Assembly (NCBI GenBank): GCA_965223705.1
Contig: OZ245015.1
Coordinates: forward strand, 1,056,001 to 1,120,000
From: Myxococcota bacterium
GTDB lineage: Bacteria; Myxococcota_A; UBA9160; UBA6930
Length of the DNA stretch: 64,000 nt
Direction: 5' to 3'
In this document: positions 51,853 through 60,352 of the stretch, piece after piece
How the letters are laid out: every line of letters begins with the position of its first letter
How positions within the stretch are numbered: the first letter of the stretch is position 1
The notes under the pieces: model-generated
What the model saw: the letters and a program-made list of their open reading frames with translations, nothing else
What the model was told of the DNA's origin: nothing
The model's database searches: none
Position numbers and translations under genes: made by a program

Positions 51853-52428
51853 TTGGCGGCGACCGCGAGACGAGCCTGGCGCTTGGCTTTGGGGATGTGC
51901 GTGCTGCTGCCTCTCGGCTGCGCGCCGCGTATGCCGAGCCTCCCGAAGATCTCGATGCCCGACGTCCGAATGCCGAGCCTCCCTTCCATAGGATGGTTCG
52001 GGGAGAAGGACGATCGGGTGCCGGCAGACGTCTCGCGCGGCGTGCAGGTCATTTCCGGCGAAAGCGAAGTCGGCGTCTTCCACGCGCGTGTCTCGTCGTT
52101 CTACGAGCAACTCGCGAATCGGCGTTTCAACAGCATTATCACGTACCGCGATGACGCATTGCGCGCGTACTTCCGCGACGACGACGAGTTCTCGGACTAC
52201 TACGCAGATTTCTCGCACGCGCTCGAGCGTGCGCATTTCGAGAAGAGTCGTCCTCTATCGCTCCGTGTCGAAGAGTTCTCGCTGGAAGAAGACGGGGTGG
52301 CTTCCGTACAAGTGCTGCTCATCGGCGACAACAATCTTCCGCTTCGGTACGGAGAGACGGACATGAGCCGCACCGACCGCTGGGAGCGTCACGACGGATC
52401 GTGGTGGCTCGTGCCCGGTAAGTTCTGA
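51853..52428 (+). CDS. Hypothetical lipoprotein
   Basis: SD GGAGG at 51841, TTG start, lipobox PLGC, coding-like composition, terminal W....G.WWLVP. Confidence 0.6.
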   Translation: MAATARRAWRLALGMCVLLPLGCAPRMPSLPKISMPDVRMPSLPSIGWFGEKDDRVPADVSRGVQVISGESEVGVFHARVSSFYEQLANRRFNSIITYRDDALRAYFRDDDEFSDYYADFSHALERAHFEKSRPLSLRVEEFSLEEDGVASVQVLLIGDNNLPLRYGETDMSRTDRWERHDGSWWLVPGKF

Positions 52429-52546
52429 CAGTGGGTAAACAAACTCCACCCGTCTAGTCCCCGAGCTCCTGGCTCGACGATTTCGCGTTTCGATTTTTTC
52501 CTGTCGCATCCCGAACGTTCCCTCGCTCCTGCGCCCGCCTTGCCCA

Positions 52547-52561
52547 TGGCACAGCGCTTGC
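52547..52561 (+). promoter_or_regulatory. Sigma54 (-24/-12) promoter upstream of the first ECF sigma gene
   Basis: TGGCACAGCGCTTGC, GG-N10-GC spacing, one mismatch to TGGCACG-N4-TTGC. Confidence 0.7.
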
Positions 52562-52644
52562 GATCTCCCCGGCTCGGGAAGAGCACTGGCAGCCGCAACG
52601 GCCGCCGAGCGGGCGCACCGCCCGCCTACGACAGGGAGAACGCT

Positions 52645-53313
52645 TTGCTGCAAACCGAGGAAACCCCCCGCTTCGGAGACAACGAGAAGAAGACCCGCGC
52701 CCCGCGCAAGGCGGCCAAGCGCTCGTCCCAGCGCCGTCGCCCGGCGACGCCCTGGGATGATGATCGGGAACTCGTGAATCACATCCTGGGCGGCAGTCGG
52801 GAACACTTCGAGCTTCTCTACGGTGCCTATTTTCAGCGCGTCTATTGGTTCGCGCTCAAGCGACTCGGCGATCCCGCGGAAGCGGAGGACGTGAGTCAGG
52901 AAGTCTTTGTCACGGTGTTCCGCTGCCTCGACAGCTGGGCCGGCAACTCGAGCCTGCTGGTTTGGATCTTTGGGATCACGCGCAACAAGGTGCATCGACG
53001 CTTCCGGGGCATGCGCCCGCGCATGGAGTCGATCGACCAGGAAGTGGTCTCGAACCTCGCGGGGACGGACGCGCCCACCGATCAGCAGGTCGACGCGCGC
53101 TTGATGCTCGAGCAGTGCGAATTCGCCCTCGCGAACCAGCTCACGCCCCTGCAGCGCCGCATCTTCCATCTGAAGCATCTCCGTCGGCAATCGATCCGCA
53201 CGATTGCGAACTCCCTCGGCAAGTCCGAGGACGCCGTGAAAGCGAACCTCTATCGCATGCGCCGGGCACTGGCTGAGGCCGCGCCCGGTTTGGAATCGGT
53301 GCTCGCCGGGTAG
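52645..53313 (+). CDS. ECF RNA polymerase sigma factor 1
   Basis: FELLY..Y..RVY.FA, EAEDVSQEVF, WIFGITRN, region 4 SIRTIA..LGKSEDAVK..LYR; TTG start after GGGAG. Confidence 0.88.
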   Translation: MLQTEETPRFGDNEKKTRAPRKAAKRSSQRRRPATPWDDDRELVNHILGGSREHFELLYGAYFQRVYWFALKRLGDPAEAEDVSQEVFVTVFRCLDSWAGNSSLLVWIFGITRNKVHRRFRGMRPRMESIDQEVVSNLAGTDAPTDQQVDARLMLEQCEFALANQLTPLQRRIFHLKHLRRQSIRTIANSLGKSEDAVKANLYRMRRALAEAAPGLESVLAG

Positions 53314-53539
53314 TTCTCCCACCCGCCAGGTCCGTTCACTTGCTCTTCGAGCTCCCGCACAAGGTGTGTCGGGAGCTCGAAGTCTTTCGGCACCACCCCC
53401 GCAAACGGGCGCGGCCCGCACGCAACGCAAACGCAATTCCACGGAATCTCTGCCACCTTCCCCGGTTTTCCACCACGTAACAGCTGGGAATACGCACGAC
53501 TTCGCCAACGGAGGTGGAGCGGCGTGAAGGAGTGGGCGC

Positions 53540-54247
53540 GTGGTGCGTACAGAATCGATCGATGGGTCCGCCCGCACGGAACCGGAAAAACTCGCGATTG
53601 ACGGGTTTCCCAAAGCACCACAAATCGAAGCCCTGAGGCTCCTCGACGACCGCGCGCTCTTCCGACGCGTCGGCGCCGGTTGTGAGCCGGCCTTCTCCGT
53701 CTTCTACGAACGCTATCGCGGGCTCGTCTACGCATTCATCCTTCAACGCGTTCGCAACCACGCCGATGCGGAAGAACTCCTGCAAGAAACCTTCGTGGCT
53801 GTGTACCGCTCGATCGATCGCTACTCGGGGAAGGCGGCTCCGCTGGCTTGGGTCTACGGCGTCGCGAAGAACACCACCTACAACCGGCTGCGTCTTCAGA
53901 AGCGACGAGCGGAGCGGCTCGAAGCGGTCGGAGGGGACCCGCTGCGCGGCTCGACAACCCGCGAGGAGAGCCCCGAAGCCGGTCTCGAGTATCGCCGGAC
54001 CCTCGAAGACTTGAGCGACCGGCTGCAGAAGCTCCGGCCTTGGCAAGTCGAAGTGTTTATGATGCGGTACGTGGACAACTTGCCGATCCGCGAAATCGCC
54101 TCACGCATGGACCGCTCAAACGACGCGATCCGGTCGAGCCTCTACCGAATGAAGCGCATGCTCACTTCGGAGCGAGCGCCGACTCGAGTTCGCAGCAGGA
54201 TGTCGGACCGGCGCGAGCCCGTCCGCGCTTCTCGTCACGGTTCGTAA
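53540..54247 (+). CDS. ECF RNA polymerase sigma factor 2
   Basis: FYERY..LVY, DAEELLQETF, WVYGVAKN, IREIA..M.RSNDAIRSSLYRM; SD AAGGAG. Confidence 0.88.
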   Translation: MVRTESIDGSARTEPEKLAIDGFPKAPQIEALRLLDDRALFRRVGAGCEPAFSVFYERYRGLVYAFILQRVRNHADAEELLQETFVAVYRSIDRYSGKAAPLAWVYGVAKNTTYNRLRLQKRRAERLEAVGGDPLRGSTTREESPEAGLEYRRTLEDLSDRLQKLRPWQVEVFMMRYVDNLPIREIASRMDRSNDAIRSSLYRMKRMLTSERAPTRVRSRMSDRREPVRASRHGS

Positions 54248-54441
54248 TGACCCGGCTGCGACGGCTTGTCGCTCGCTGGCTCCGCAGAGCGGCATCCCCG
54301 CTGCGGGAAGAAGTCGAAGGCGCAGCCTACGCAGAGGATCTCGAGGAGTTCCTCGCCGCGGACGGCAAACCCACGCAAGGGGATGCGGCTTTTCGAGAGC
54401 GGCTTCGAGAACGGCTCTGGCGCGAGTACATCGAGAAGTAA
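54247..54441 (+). CDS. 64-aa hypothetical protein translationally coupled to ECF sigma 2
   Basis: TAATG overlap; MTRLRRLV...EDLEEFLAAD....DAAFRERLRERLW. Confidence 0.6.
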   Translation: MTRLRRLVARWLRRAASPLREEVEGAAYAEDLEEFLAADGKPTQGDAAFRERLRERLWREYIEK

Positions 54442-54545
54442 CAGGCCGGGTTTCGCCGGCACGTCGAGAAGCAAGACGCCGGGTTTCGCCGAGGCACGTC
54501 GAGAAGCAAGACGCCGGGTTTCGCCGACGTACGTCGACAAGCAAG
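54428..54545. repeat. 33-35-bp imperfect tandem repeat, ~3.4 copies
   Basis: AC(A/G)TCGAGAAG..A...GCCGGGTTTCGCCG units at 54428, 54461, 54496, partial at 54531. Confidence 0.9.
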
Positions 54546-54580
54546 CCACCCCCGCCTATGGTCGCGCCGTGCCCCAAGCC

Positions 54581-55183
54581 ATGGCTCGAGAGCCGCAGGA
54601 CGACGCCGAGTTCGAGCTCCCGCGACGCGAGACGTTGCGATCGAGCGTCGTACGTGTTTTACATGAGGGGAGGACGCGAAACCCGGACGTCTTCCTCGTC
54701 GAGACGCGAAGCGGCCGCTGCGTCGTCAAAGATTTCTCACCGCGCGGCAGCTTCGTGCGCGGTGTGATCGGACCCTGGCTGATCGACCGCGAGATCCGCG
54801 CGTACCGCGCGTTGGCGAGTCACCCGTCGGTACCGCGCTTTCTGGGTCGCCTCGACCGGATGGCGTTCGTCGTCGAGTACCGGCCGGGCGAGCGCATCTC
54901 CCGGCGGCTGCGAGACACCGTTCCGGTCGATTTCATGACTCGCCTCGAACGCGCGATCGCCCTGATGCACTCCCTCGGCGTGGTGCACCTCGATCTACGC
55001 CACCGGAGCAACGTCCTGGTCGGCGGCGACGGTGCACCGATTCTCATCGACTTCGCTTCCGCGATCTGCGCGCGACCGGAAGGCTTGCGCGCACGCACCA
55101 TCCTCGCAGCATTGGCCTCGATCGACCGCTACGCCGTGGAAAAATGGCGCGATCGGCTGGCCCCGGAGAGCGCGACCGCCTAG
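54581..55183 (+). CDS. Atypical protein-kinase-like phosphotransferase (RIO/Kdo-like)
   Basis: VVKDF lysine, REI.AY, catalytic loop HLDLRHRSN, LIDFA. Confidence 0.75.
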   Translation: MAREPQDDAEFELPRRETLRSSVVRVLHEGRTRNPDVFLVETRSGRCVVKDFSPRGSFVRGVIGPWLIDREIRAYRALASHPSVPRFLGRLDRMAFVVEYRPGERISRRLRDTVPVDFMTRLERAIALMHSLGVVHLDLRHRSNVLVGGDGAPILIDFASAICARPEGLRARTILAALASIDRYAVEKWRDRLAPESATA

Positions 55184-55749
55184 GAGCTCTCGACCTCGCG
55201 CGGAGCGAGACGTCCGATAAAGTGCCGAAATGTTTCGAGGGTGAGCCGCGCGTCGGCCAAAGCCCGGTGGGGAACCGATCCGTCGGCCAAGCCCGCGACC
55301 GTTGCGGATTGGCGCAGGGACAGCGATTTCACGTCGCGTCCGGCCACGAGCGACCAGCTGTAGAACAGCGTTGCGAGATCCAAGGTGTGGTAGTCGAACG
55401 GGGAGGGAATCGCCGTGTTCTTGTAGGCCAGCTCGAGGAACATGACGTCCATACGCACGTTCTGGCCCGCGGGAACAGTGGTGCGTCCCTTCGGCATCAG
55501 AGCGGCGAGTTCCGTGAGCGCTTGCTGCACCGGGACCGCTTCCGCTTCCCAGACCTTGGCGTCGTAGCCCGAAATCTTCGCGGCTTCGGCGCTGATGCGT
55601 TCGGGGCGGGCTCGGACCTTCCATTCCTGCTCGCCCAGCTCGACCAAGCGGTCGTCGGTCACGATCGCGGCGATTTCCGTGATGTCGTGCAGGTCCGGAT
55701 CGAGGCCGCCGAACTCGCAGTCGAGGAAGGCAAACGCGAGATCACCCAC
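55180..55749 (-). CDS. DEDDh 3'-5' exonuclease (DnaQ/oligoribonuclease-like)
   Basis: Exo I FLDCEFGG, Exo II GQNVRMD, Exo III HRALAD. Confidence 0.88.
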   Translation of the reverse strand: MGDLAFAFLDCEFGGLDPDLHDITEIAAIVTDDRLVELGEQEWKVRARPERISAEAAKISGYDAKVWEAEAVPVQQALTELAALMPKGRTTVPAGQNVRMDVMFLELAYKNTAIPSPFDYHTLDLATLFYSWSLVAGRDVKSLSLRQSATVAGLADGSVPHRALADARLTLETFRHFIGRLAPREVESS

Positions 55750-55762
55750 AGCTGCTCCAGAA

Positions 55763-55857
55763 AGCCAAACGCAGGGTCATCCCCCCCCGGCAACCAGCCA
55801 AACGCAGGGTCAGCCCCCCCGGCAACTAGCCAAATGCAGGGTCAGCCCCCAGCAACT
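55763..55857. repeat. 30-33-bp tandem repeat, 3 copies, with variable C tract
   Basis: AGCCAAA(C/T)GCAGGGTCA(T/G)-C8/C7/C5-(G/A)..GCAAC at 55763, 55796, 55828. Confidence 0.92.
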
Positions 55858-55869
55858 CCCCGCGCACGG

Positions 55870-55945
55870 TGGCGCTCCCAACGGGAGTCGAACCCGTGTT
55901 TCAGCCTTGAGAGGGCCGCGTCCTAGGCCACTAGACGATGGGAGC
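55870..55945 (-). tRNA. tRNA-Glu (CTC)
   Basis: Reverse complement GCTCCCA...CGGCC-CTCTCAA-GGCTG...GGTTCGACTCC...TGGGAGC-G-CCA; full cloverleaf. Confidence 0.96.
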
Positions 55946-55966
55946 GCGGTCGTCACCGGACGGCGA

Positions 55967-55994
55967 ACCCTAGCCCCCGACGGGAGTGTGTCAA
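55967..55994 (-). promoter_or_regulatory. Probable sigma70 promoter of tRNA-Glu
   Basis: Minus strand TTGACA-16 nt-TAGGGT, about 20 nt before the tRNA 5' end. Confidence 0.55.
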
Positions 55995-56165
55995 CACGCG
56001 CCCTCCCACGGGCCGAGTGACACGGAGCGTCCCCGACTGACGCGTTTGGTCACTTCCTTGGGGGGATTTCCCCAATTTCGGGCGCTCGCAGCGCGGTTCG
56101 CTTCCCCCAGGTGCGGGGGCCTTTTCCACGCGTCGTTGCCGGTGACTGGGGACACCTTTTTCAAC

Positions 56166-56182
56166 TTGGCACGTGGGTTGCT
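56166..56182 (+). promoter_or_regulatory. Sigma54 promoter of pilA
   Basis: TTGGCACGTGGGTTGCT is a perfect match to YTGGCACG-N4-TTGCW; pilA is sigma54/PilR-driven in Myxococcus and Pseudomonas. Confidence 0.88.
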
Positions 56183-56263
56183 CTTGTGGTCGCCCAGCAA
56201 GTGAACCGAGGCCAGTCTCCCCCGAAACCGGAGCCGGCACTCAAACCTGGAGAAGCAATCGCT

Positions 56264-56863
56264 ATGAAGCGCATTCAATTGAAGAAGTCGGCCGGCTTCA
56301 CGCTCATCGAGCTGATGATCGTGGTCGCCATTATCGGCATCCTGGCCGCCATCGCTATCCCGAACTTTTTGACCTTCCAGCTCCGCTCGCGTGCTGGTGA
56401 GGGCAAGACGAACCTCGCCGCGATCCGAACGGCGCAGGAAGGCTTCGCGGCCGAGTTCGTGACGTACATCCCGAACGCCGCTTACCCGCGCGCCCAGACC
56501 CCGGCGGGTCTCGACAACGTCAAGCAGATCTGGGTGCCGACGGCCGCCGGTGCTGCCGGCTTCACGCAGGTCGGTTTCGCGCCCGAGGGCGACGTCTACT
56601 ACGCCTACAACGTGATTGGTCAGCCCGCCGGTTGTCCGGCGGCGAACACCCCGTGCCTCAACTACGTGGCCGAGGGTGCCTCGGACATTGACGACGACGG
56701 CACGGCGAACTGGTGGGGCTACGTGAAGCCCGACGTGAACGGCAATACGTTCGCGGGCACCACCTGCGCCGCGACCGGCACCTGGGATCCGGTTCAGCAG
56801 GCCCCGGCTCTGCTCGAAACGGTGGGCCCGTGCGGTCAGTTCGACGGTCAGAACATCTTCTAA
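56264..56863 (+). CDS. pilA: Type IVa major pilin
   Basis: MKRIQLKKSAG|FTLIELMIVVAIIGILAAIAIPNF with E+5; 4 Cys; SD GGAG. Confidence 0.93.
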   Translation: MKRIQLKKSAGFTLIELMIVVAIIGILAAIAIPNFLTFQLRSRAGEGKTNLAAIRTAQEGFAAEFVTYIPNAAYPRAQTPAGLDNVKQIWVPTAAGAAGFTQVGFAPEGDVYYAYNVIGQPAGCPAANTPCLNYVAEGASDIDDDGTANWWGYVKPDVNGNTFAGTTCAATGTWDPVQQAPALLETVGPCGQFDGQNIF

Positions 56864-56952
56864 GTTCGATCTGACGACTATCCGATGAGTCAGTGGCGGG
56901 AGGGCAGCCTCCCGCCACTGATGGAACCCTCGCTCTCACAACGGACCCTGTT

Positions 56953-57573
56953 ATGACGCGACCCGGACGAAACAAAACCACAGCAGGCATGACGCTGATC
57001 GAGCTCATGATCGCCGTAGCCATCATCGGGATCCTCGCAGCGACGGCGGTGGCCGGTTGGCAGAACTTCCAGCTGCGTACCAAGATGTCCGAAGGGAAGA
57101 GCAACGTCTCCTCCATCCGAGCGATGCAGATCAGCTACGGATCGGAAGCCGGGGTCTTCGTCACTGCAGCGCCGTCGCCCGCGCTGGCGGGACAGCCCAA
57201 CAAGCAGCGCCAGGCCTGGCGGCAGGTGCGCCAGAATTTTTCATCGGTGGCCAACACCGGTTTCGATGTGATCGGATGGAAGCCCGAGGGCGCGAGCTTC
57301 TTCGATTACGATGTTGCCGCGAACTTCATCCCGGGAGCCGGACCGCGCTTTACGGCGGCTGCCTACGGCGATGCGGATGGCGACGGCTTCTTCTCGGTGA
57401 TGGTCTACGCCCACATCGATACCCAAGGGAACCCGGAACCCTGTGGGCTTTGTGGCCTTCTCGGTCTGCCTCCGGTCGCCTGGGACGTCATCAGCTGCGC
57501 CCCGACGTACGGCTCGACGACCCAGATGTCGACGAACCCGAACTGTGGCTTCGCGACCGCGGACGATTACTAA
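56953..57573 (+). CDS. Second type IV pilin (PilA paralogue)
   Basis: TAG|MTLIELMIAVAIIGILAA; shares SEGK.N...IR..Q, G(F/W).PEG and DxDxDG with PilA. Confidence 0.88.
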   Translation: MTRPGRNKTTAGMTLIELMIAVAIIGILAATAVAGWQNFQLRTKMSEGKSNVSSIRAMQISYGSEAGVFVTAAPSPALAGQPNKQRQAWRQVRQNFSSVANTGFDVIGWKPEGASFFDYDVAANFIPGAGPRFTAAAYGDADGDGFFSVMVYAHIDTQGNPEPCGLCGLLGLPPVAWDVISCAPTYGSTTQMSTNPNCGFATADDY

Positions 57574-57637
57574 ACCGAATCCCTGAAAACGCCGATGGTC
57601 TCCCACGTCCAAGAACGTCGGAGCCCCGTATTTCGAC

Positions 57638-58561
57638 ATGATCGTTGCAAGAATCCTGCTAGTGCTCGTCAGCTGTTTCGCCATGGCGGCTACGCATCAG
57701 GCGGTGAAACCCCCGACCCGGGCCGAGCAAGGCGAGCTGTTCGTTCCGCGCCCCCAGGTCGCACGCGCTTCGGCGCTGGGCTTCCACTCGGTCATCGCGG
57801 ATTACTACTGGCTGCGCGCCGTCCAGATCGTGGGAGGCGCCCTTCGCCCCGAAGCGGAGGGGCGCATTCTCGGCCAGTTGATCGACGTGGTAACGACCCT
57901 CGATCCCCACGTGAGTCACCCGTATCGCTTCGCGGCGGTGTGGCTGACCGGCTCGCGCGAAGACGTGCTCCAGGCGAATCGCCTGCTGGAGCGCTCGCTC
58001 GAACCGCATCCGGACGAGTGGCGGAACCGCTTCTACTTGGGTTTCAACCACTTCTACTACCTGGGTGAGGACGCCAAGGCCGCCGAAGCGATCGAAGCCG
58101 CCTCGCAGCTCCCCAAGGCGCCCGATTACCTGGGTCGCCTGGCCGCACGCCTCAAAGCGGGATCGGCAGGTCTCGACGTGTCCGAGGCGTGGCTGCGCCA
58201 GCTCGTTGAGCAAACCGAAGACGGCTACTTGCGCGCGGGCTACCTGCGCGCGATTGACGAAATCAATACCGAGCGACGGGCGCAGGTGCTCGACACCGCG
58301 CGGGAGCTCTACAAGCAACGTAACGGACGGGACATCGAAGCGGTCGAGGACTTGCTCGAGGGTCCGAATCCGGTCCTCTCCGCGTTGCCCGATCAAGTAC
58401 ACGACGCCGACTGGGTTCTCGACGAGCGGACCGGTCGGATCGTTTCGAGCTTTTACGGATATCGCTACGAGCCGCAGTTCATGGGCGCTGCCACGGGGCC
58501 GCTGTTTGCGAGCGAGTCGGAGCAGAAGGACACACAGGAAGACGGACGGCGGGATCAATGA
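57638..58561 (+). CDS. PilG-like accessory protein (myxobacterial pilGHI type), TPR-like
   Basis: ADYYWLRAVQ..G, TTLDP, WR..FYLGFNHFYYL, A..P.AP.YL; position after pilins and before ABC genes. Confidence 0.7.
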   Translation: MIVARILLVLVSCFAMAATHQAVKPPTRAEQGELFVPRPQVARASALGFHSVIADYYWLRAVQIVGGALRPEAEGRILGQLIDVVTTLDPHVSHPYRFAAVWLTGSREDVLQANRLLERSLEPHPDEWRNRFYLGFNHFYYLGEDAKAAEAIEAASQLPKAPDYLGRLAARLKAGSAGLDVSEAWLRQLVEQTEDGYLRAGYLRAIDEINTERRAQVLDTARELYKQRNGRDIEAVEDLLEGPNPVLSALPDQVHDADWVLDERTGRIVSSFYGYRYEPQFMGAATGPLFASESEQKDTQEDGRRDQ

Positions 58562-59508
58562 CCGAAAACTCACATTCGCTCGTTGAGGTGAAAGACCTCG
58601 TCAAAGACTTTCGACCGGGGCTCGGAAAGGGCAAGAAGCGCGTCCTTCACGGCATCTCGTTCGAGGTGAACGACGGAGAGATCTTCGGATTCGTCGGGCC
58701 GAACGGCGCGGGCAAGACGACGACGCTGAAGATCCTCATGGGACTGATTCACGCGACGGAAGGTCAGGCGTCGATTCTCGGACACGACGTTTCCGAAAGC
58801 GCCTACCGTCAGCACATCGGTTTCTTGCCGGAGAACCCGTACTTCTACGACTACCTGACCGGGCGCGAGTTCCTGCGCTTCTACGCGAAGCTTGCCGCGA
58901 CAAGTGATCGCAAGCGTATCGACACGCTCCTCGAGCGCGTGGGCTTGGCGCACGCTGCAGACGCGCGCCTGCGGACGTACTCGAAGGGCATGTTGCAGCG
59001 AATCGGAATCGCCCAAGCGTTGGTACACGACCCGAAAGTGATCTTTCTCGACGAGCCGATGAGCGGACTCGATCCGATCGGTCGCAAAGAGATCCGCGAT
59101 CTCATCCTCTCGCTGAACCGCGAGGGGAAGACGATCTTCATGAACACGCACATCCTCTCGGACGTCGAGATGATCTGCGATCAGGTTGCCATCATCGTAA
59201 AAGGGCGCATCGAGTACCGCGGTCGCCTCGACGACTTCCTGACCGGTGAAGACCGGCAGACGGACGTGGTCCTCTCGAGCGTGGTTCCCGAGCTCGTGGA
59301 CCGCTTCCAAGAGGAATTCGGGTGCGAGATTTCGGGGCTCGGCGAGACCATCGAATTTCGCGTGGCCGAGAAGCACTTGAACGAGCTCCTCACGGCGGCG
59401 CTCGCTCGCGAAGTGACCGTGCATTCCGTCACGCCGCACCGCAAATCCCTGGAATCGCTCTTCCTATCGGCGGTGAACCGAGGAGAAACCGAGGAGGCGC
59501 CGTCGTGA
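58558..59508 (+). CDS. ABC transporter ATP-binding protein (PilH-like)
   Basis: [28 protein letters not shown]-loop THILSD. Confidence 0.93.
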   Translation: MTENSHSLVEVKDLVKDFRPGLGKGKKRVLHGISFEVNDGEIFGFVGPNGAGKTTTLKILMGLIHATEGQASILGHDVSESAYRQHIGFLPENPYFYDYLTGREFLRFYAKLAATSDRKRIDTLLERVGLAHAADARLRTYSKGMLQRIGIAQALVHDPKVIFLDEPMSGLDPIGRKEIRDLILSLNREGKTIFMNTHILSDVEMICDQVAIIVKGRIEYRGRLDDFLTGEDRQTDVVLSSVVPELVDRFQEEFGCEISGLGETIEFRVAEKHLNELLTAALAREVTVHSVTPHRKSLESLFLSAVNRGETEEAPS

Positions 59509-59575
59509 AGCCGACTGCGAACCGAGGAGGCGCCGTCGTGAGCCGACTGCGAAACGAGGAGGTGTCGTCGTGAGC
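59487..59575. repeat. 32-33-bp tandem repeat, 2.7 copies, each carrying SD GAGGAGG plus GTGA
   Basis: AACCGAGGAGGCGCCGTCGTGA(A)GCCGACTGCG at 59487 and 59520, partial variant at 59552. Confidence 0.92.
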
Positions 59576-60343
59576 GTGACCCGCATCGGCGCGATCGCAG
59601 GCAACACCCTGCGTGAAGCGCTCCGTCACAAAGTTCTCTACGTGCTGCTCGCCTTTGGCCTGGTGCTGATCTGCAGCGGCGCGCTCTTGTCGTCGCTCTC
59701 GTACGTCGAGCGCGAGCGCATCCTGCAGGACATCGGGCTCGCTTCCCTGCGCCTGTTCGGAGCGGCGATCGCGATCTTCGTCGGCGTCGGGCTGATCCAT
59801 CGCGAGGTGGATCGGCGAACGATCTTCACGATTCTCTCGAAGCCGGTGTCGCGGAGCGAGTTCCTGATCGGGAAATTCGCGGGCTTGACGGCAACCCTGT
59901 GGATGCAAGCGGGCATCATGGCTGCGGTGTTCGGCATCGTGTCGCTTCTGCTCGAGGCCCCGCTCGGTTGGGGACACCTGGCGGCCGTTCTCCTGGCCGC
60001 GCTCGAGTTTTCGGTCCTCGTGGCGGTCGCCACCTTGTTCTCGTCATTTACGACGCCGCTCTTGGCTTCGCTTTTCACGGCCGGCTTCTACTTCGTGGGC
60101 CACCTGACGCGCGATCTTCGCGAGCTGGGCATTGCGGCGAAATCTCCCGAGGCAGCGCGCATCACCGAGGTGATCTACACGATCGTCCCGGATCTGGAAC
60201 GCTTCAACGTGTCGACCCAAGCGGTGCACAACTTGCCGATTTCGGTCGAGCAGGTCGGCATTGCGGCAGTCCTGGCGTGTGTCTACTGCACCATGATGCT
60301 CGCCGTTGCTTCGATCGCGTTCGAGCGTCGCGACTTCCGCTAG
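59570..60343 (+). CDS. ABC transporter permease (PilI-like)
   Basis: AIA.NT.REA.R.K, EVDRRTIFTILSKPVSRSEF..GKF.G, terminal F.RRDF. Confidence 0.9.
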   Translation: MSVTRIGAIAGNTLREALRHKVLYVLLAFGLVLICSGALLSSLSYVERERILQDIGLASLRLFGAAIAIFVGVGLIHREVDRRTIFTILSKPVSRSEFLIGKFAGLTATLWMQAGIMAAVFGIVSLLLEAPLGWGHLAAVLLAALEFSVLVAVATLFSSFTTPLLASLFTAGFYFVGHLTRDLRELGIAAKSPEAARITEVIYTIVPDLERFNVSTQAVHNLPISVEQVGIAAVLACVYCTMMLAVASIAFERRDFR

Positions 60344-60352
60344 CCTGCGCCC

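Noticed and set aside
49684..52428. 914-aa ORF overlapping ppdK
   Set aside because: Arg-rich off-frame shadow; only the part from ~51853 looks coding
52645..55183. Phosphorylation-activated ECF (EcfP/PknT type)
   Set aside because: Both ECFs keep the acidic DAED-type motif (EAED, DAEE) and the kinase is not a Hanks-type membrane kinase
54428..55857. CRISPR array next to a DEDDh nuclease
   Set aside because: Units are directly adjacent with no unique spacers, the two arrays differ in sequence, and no cas genes are present
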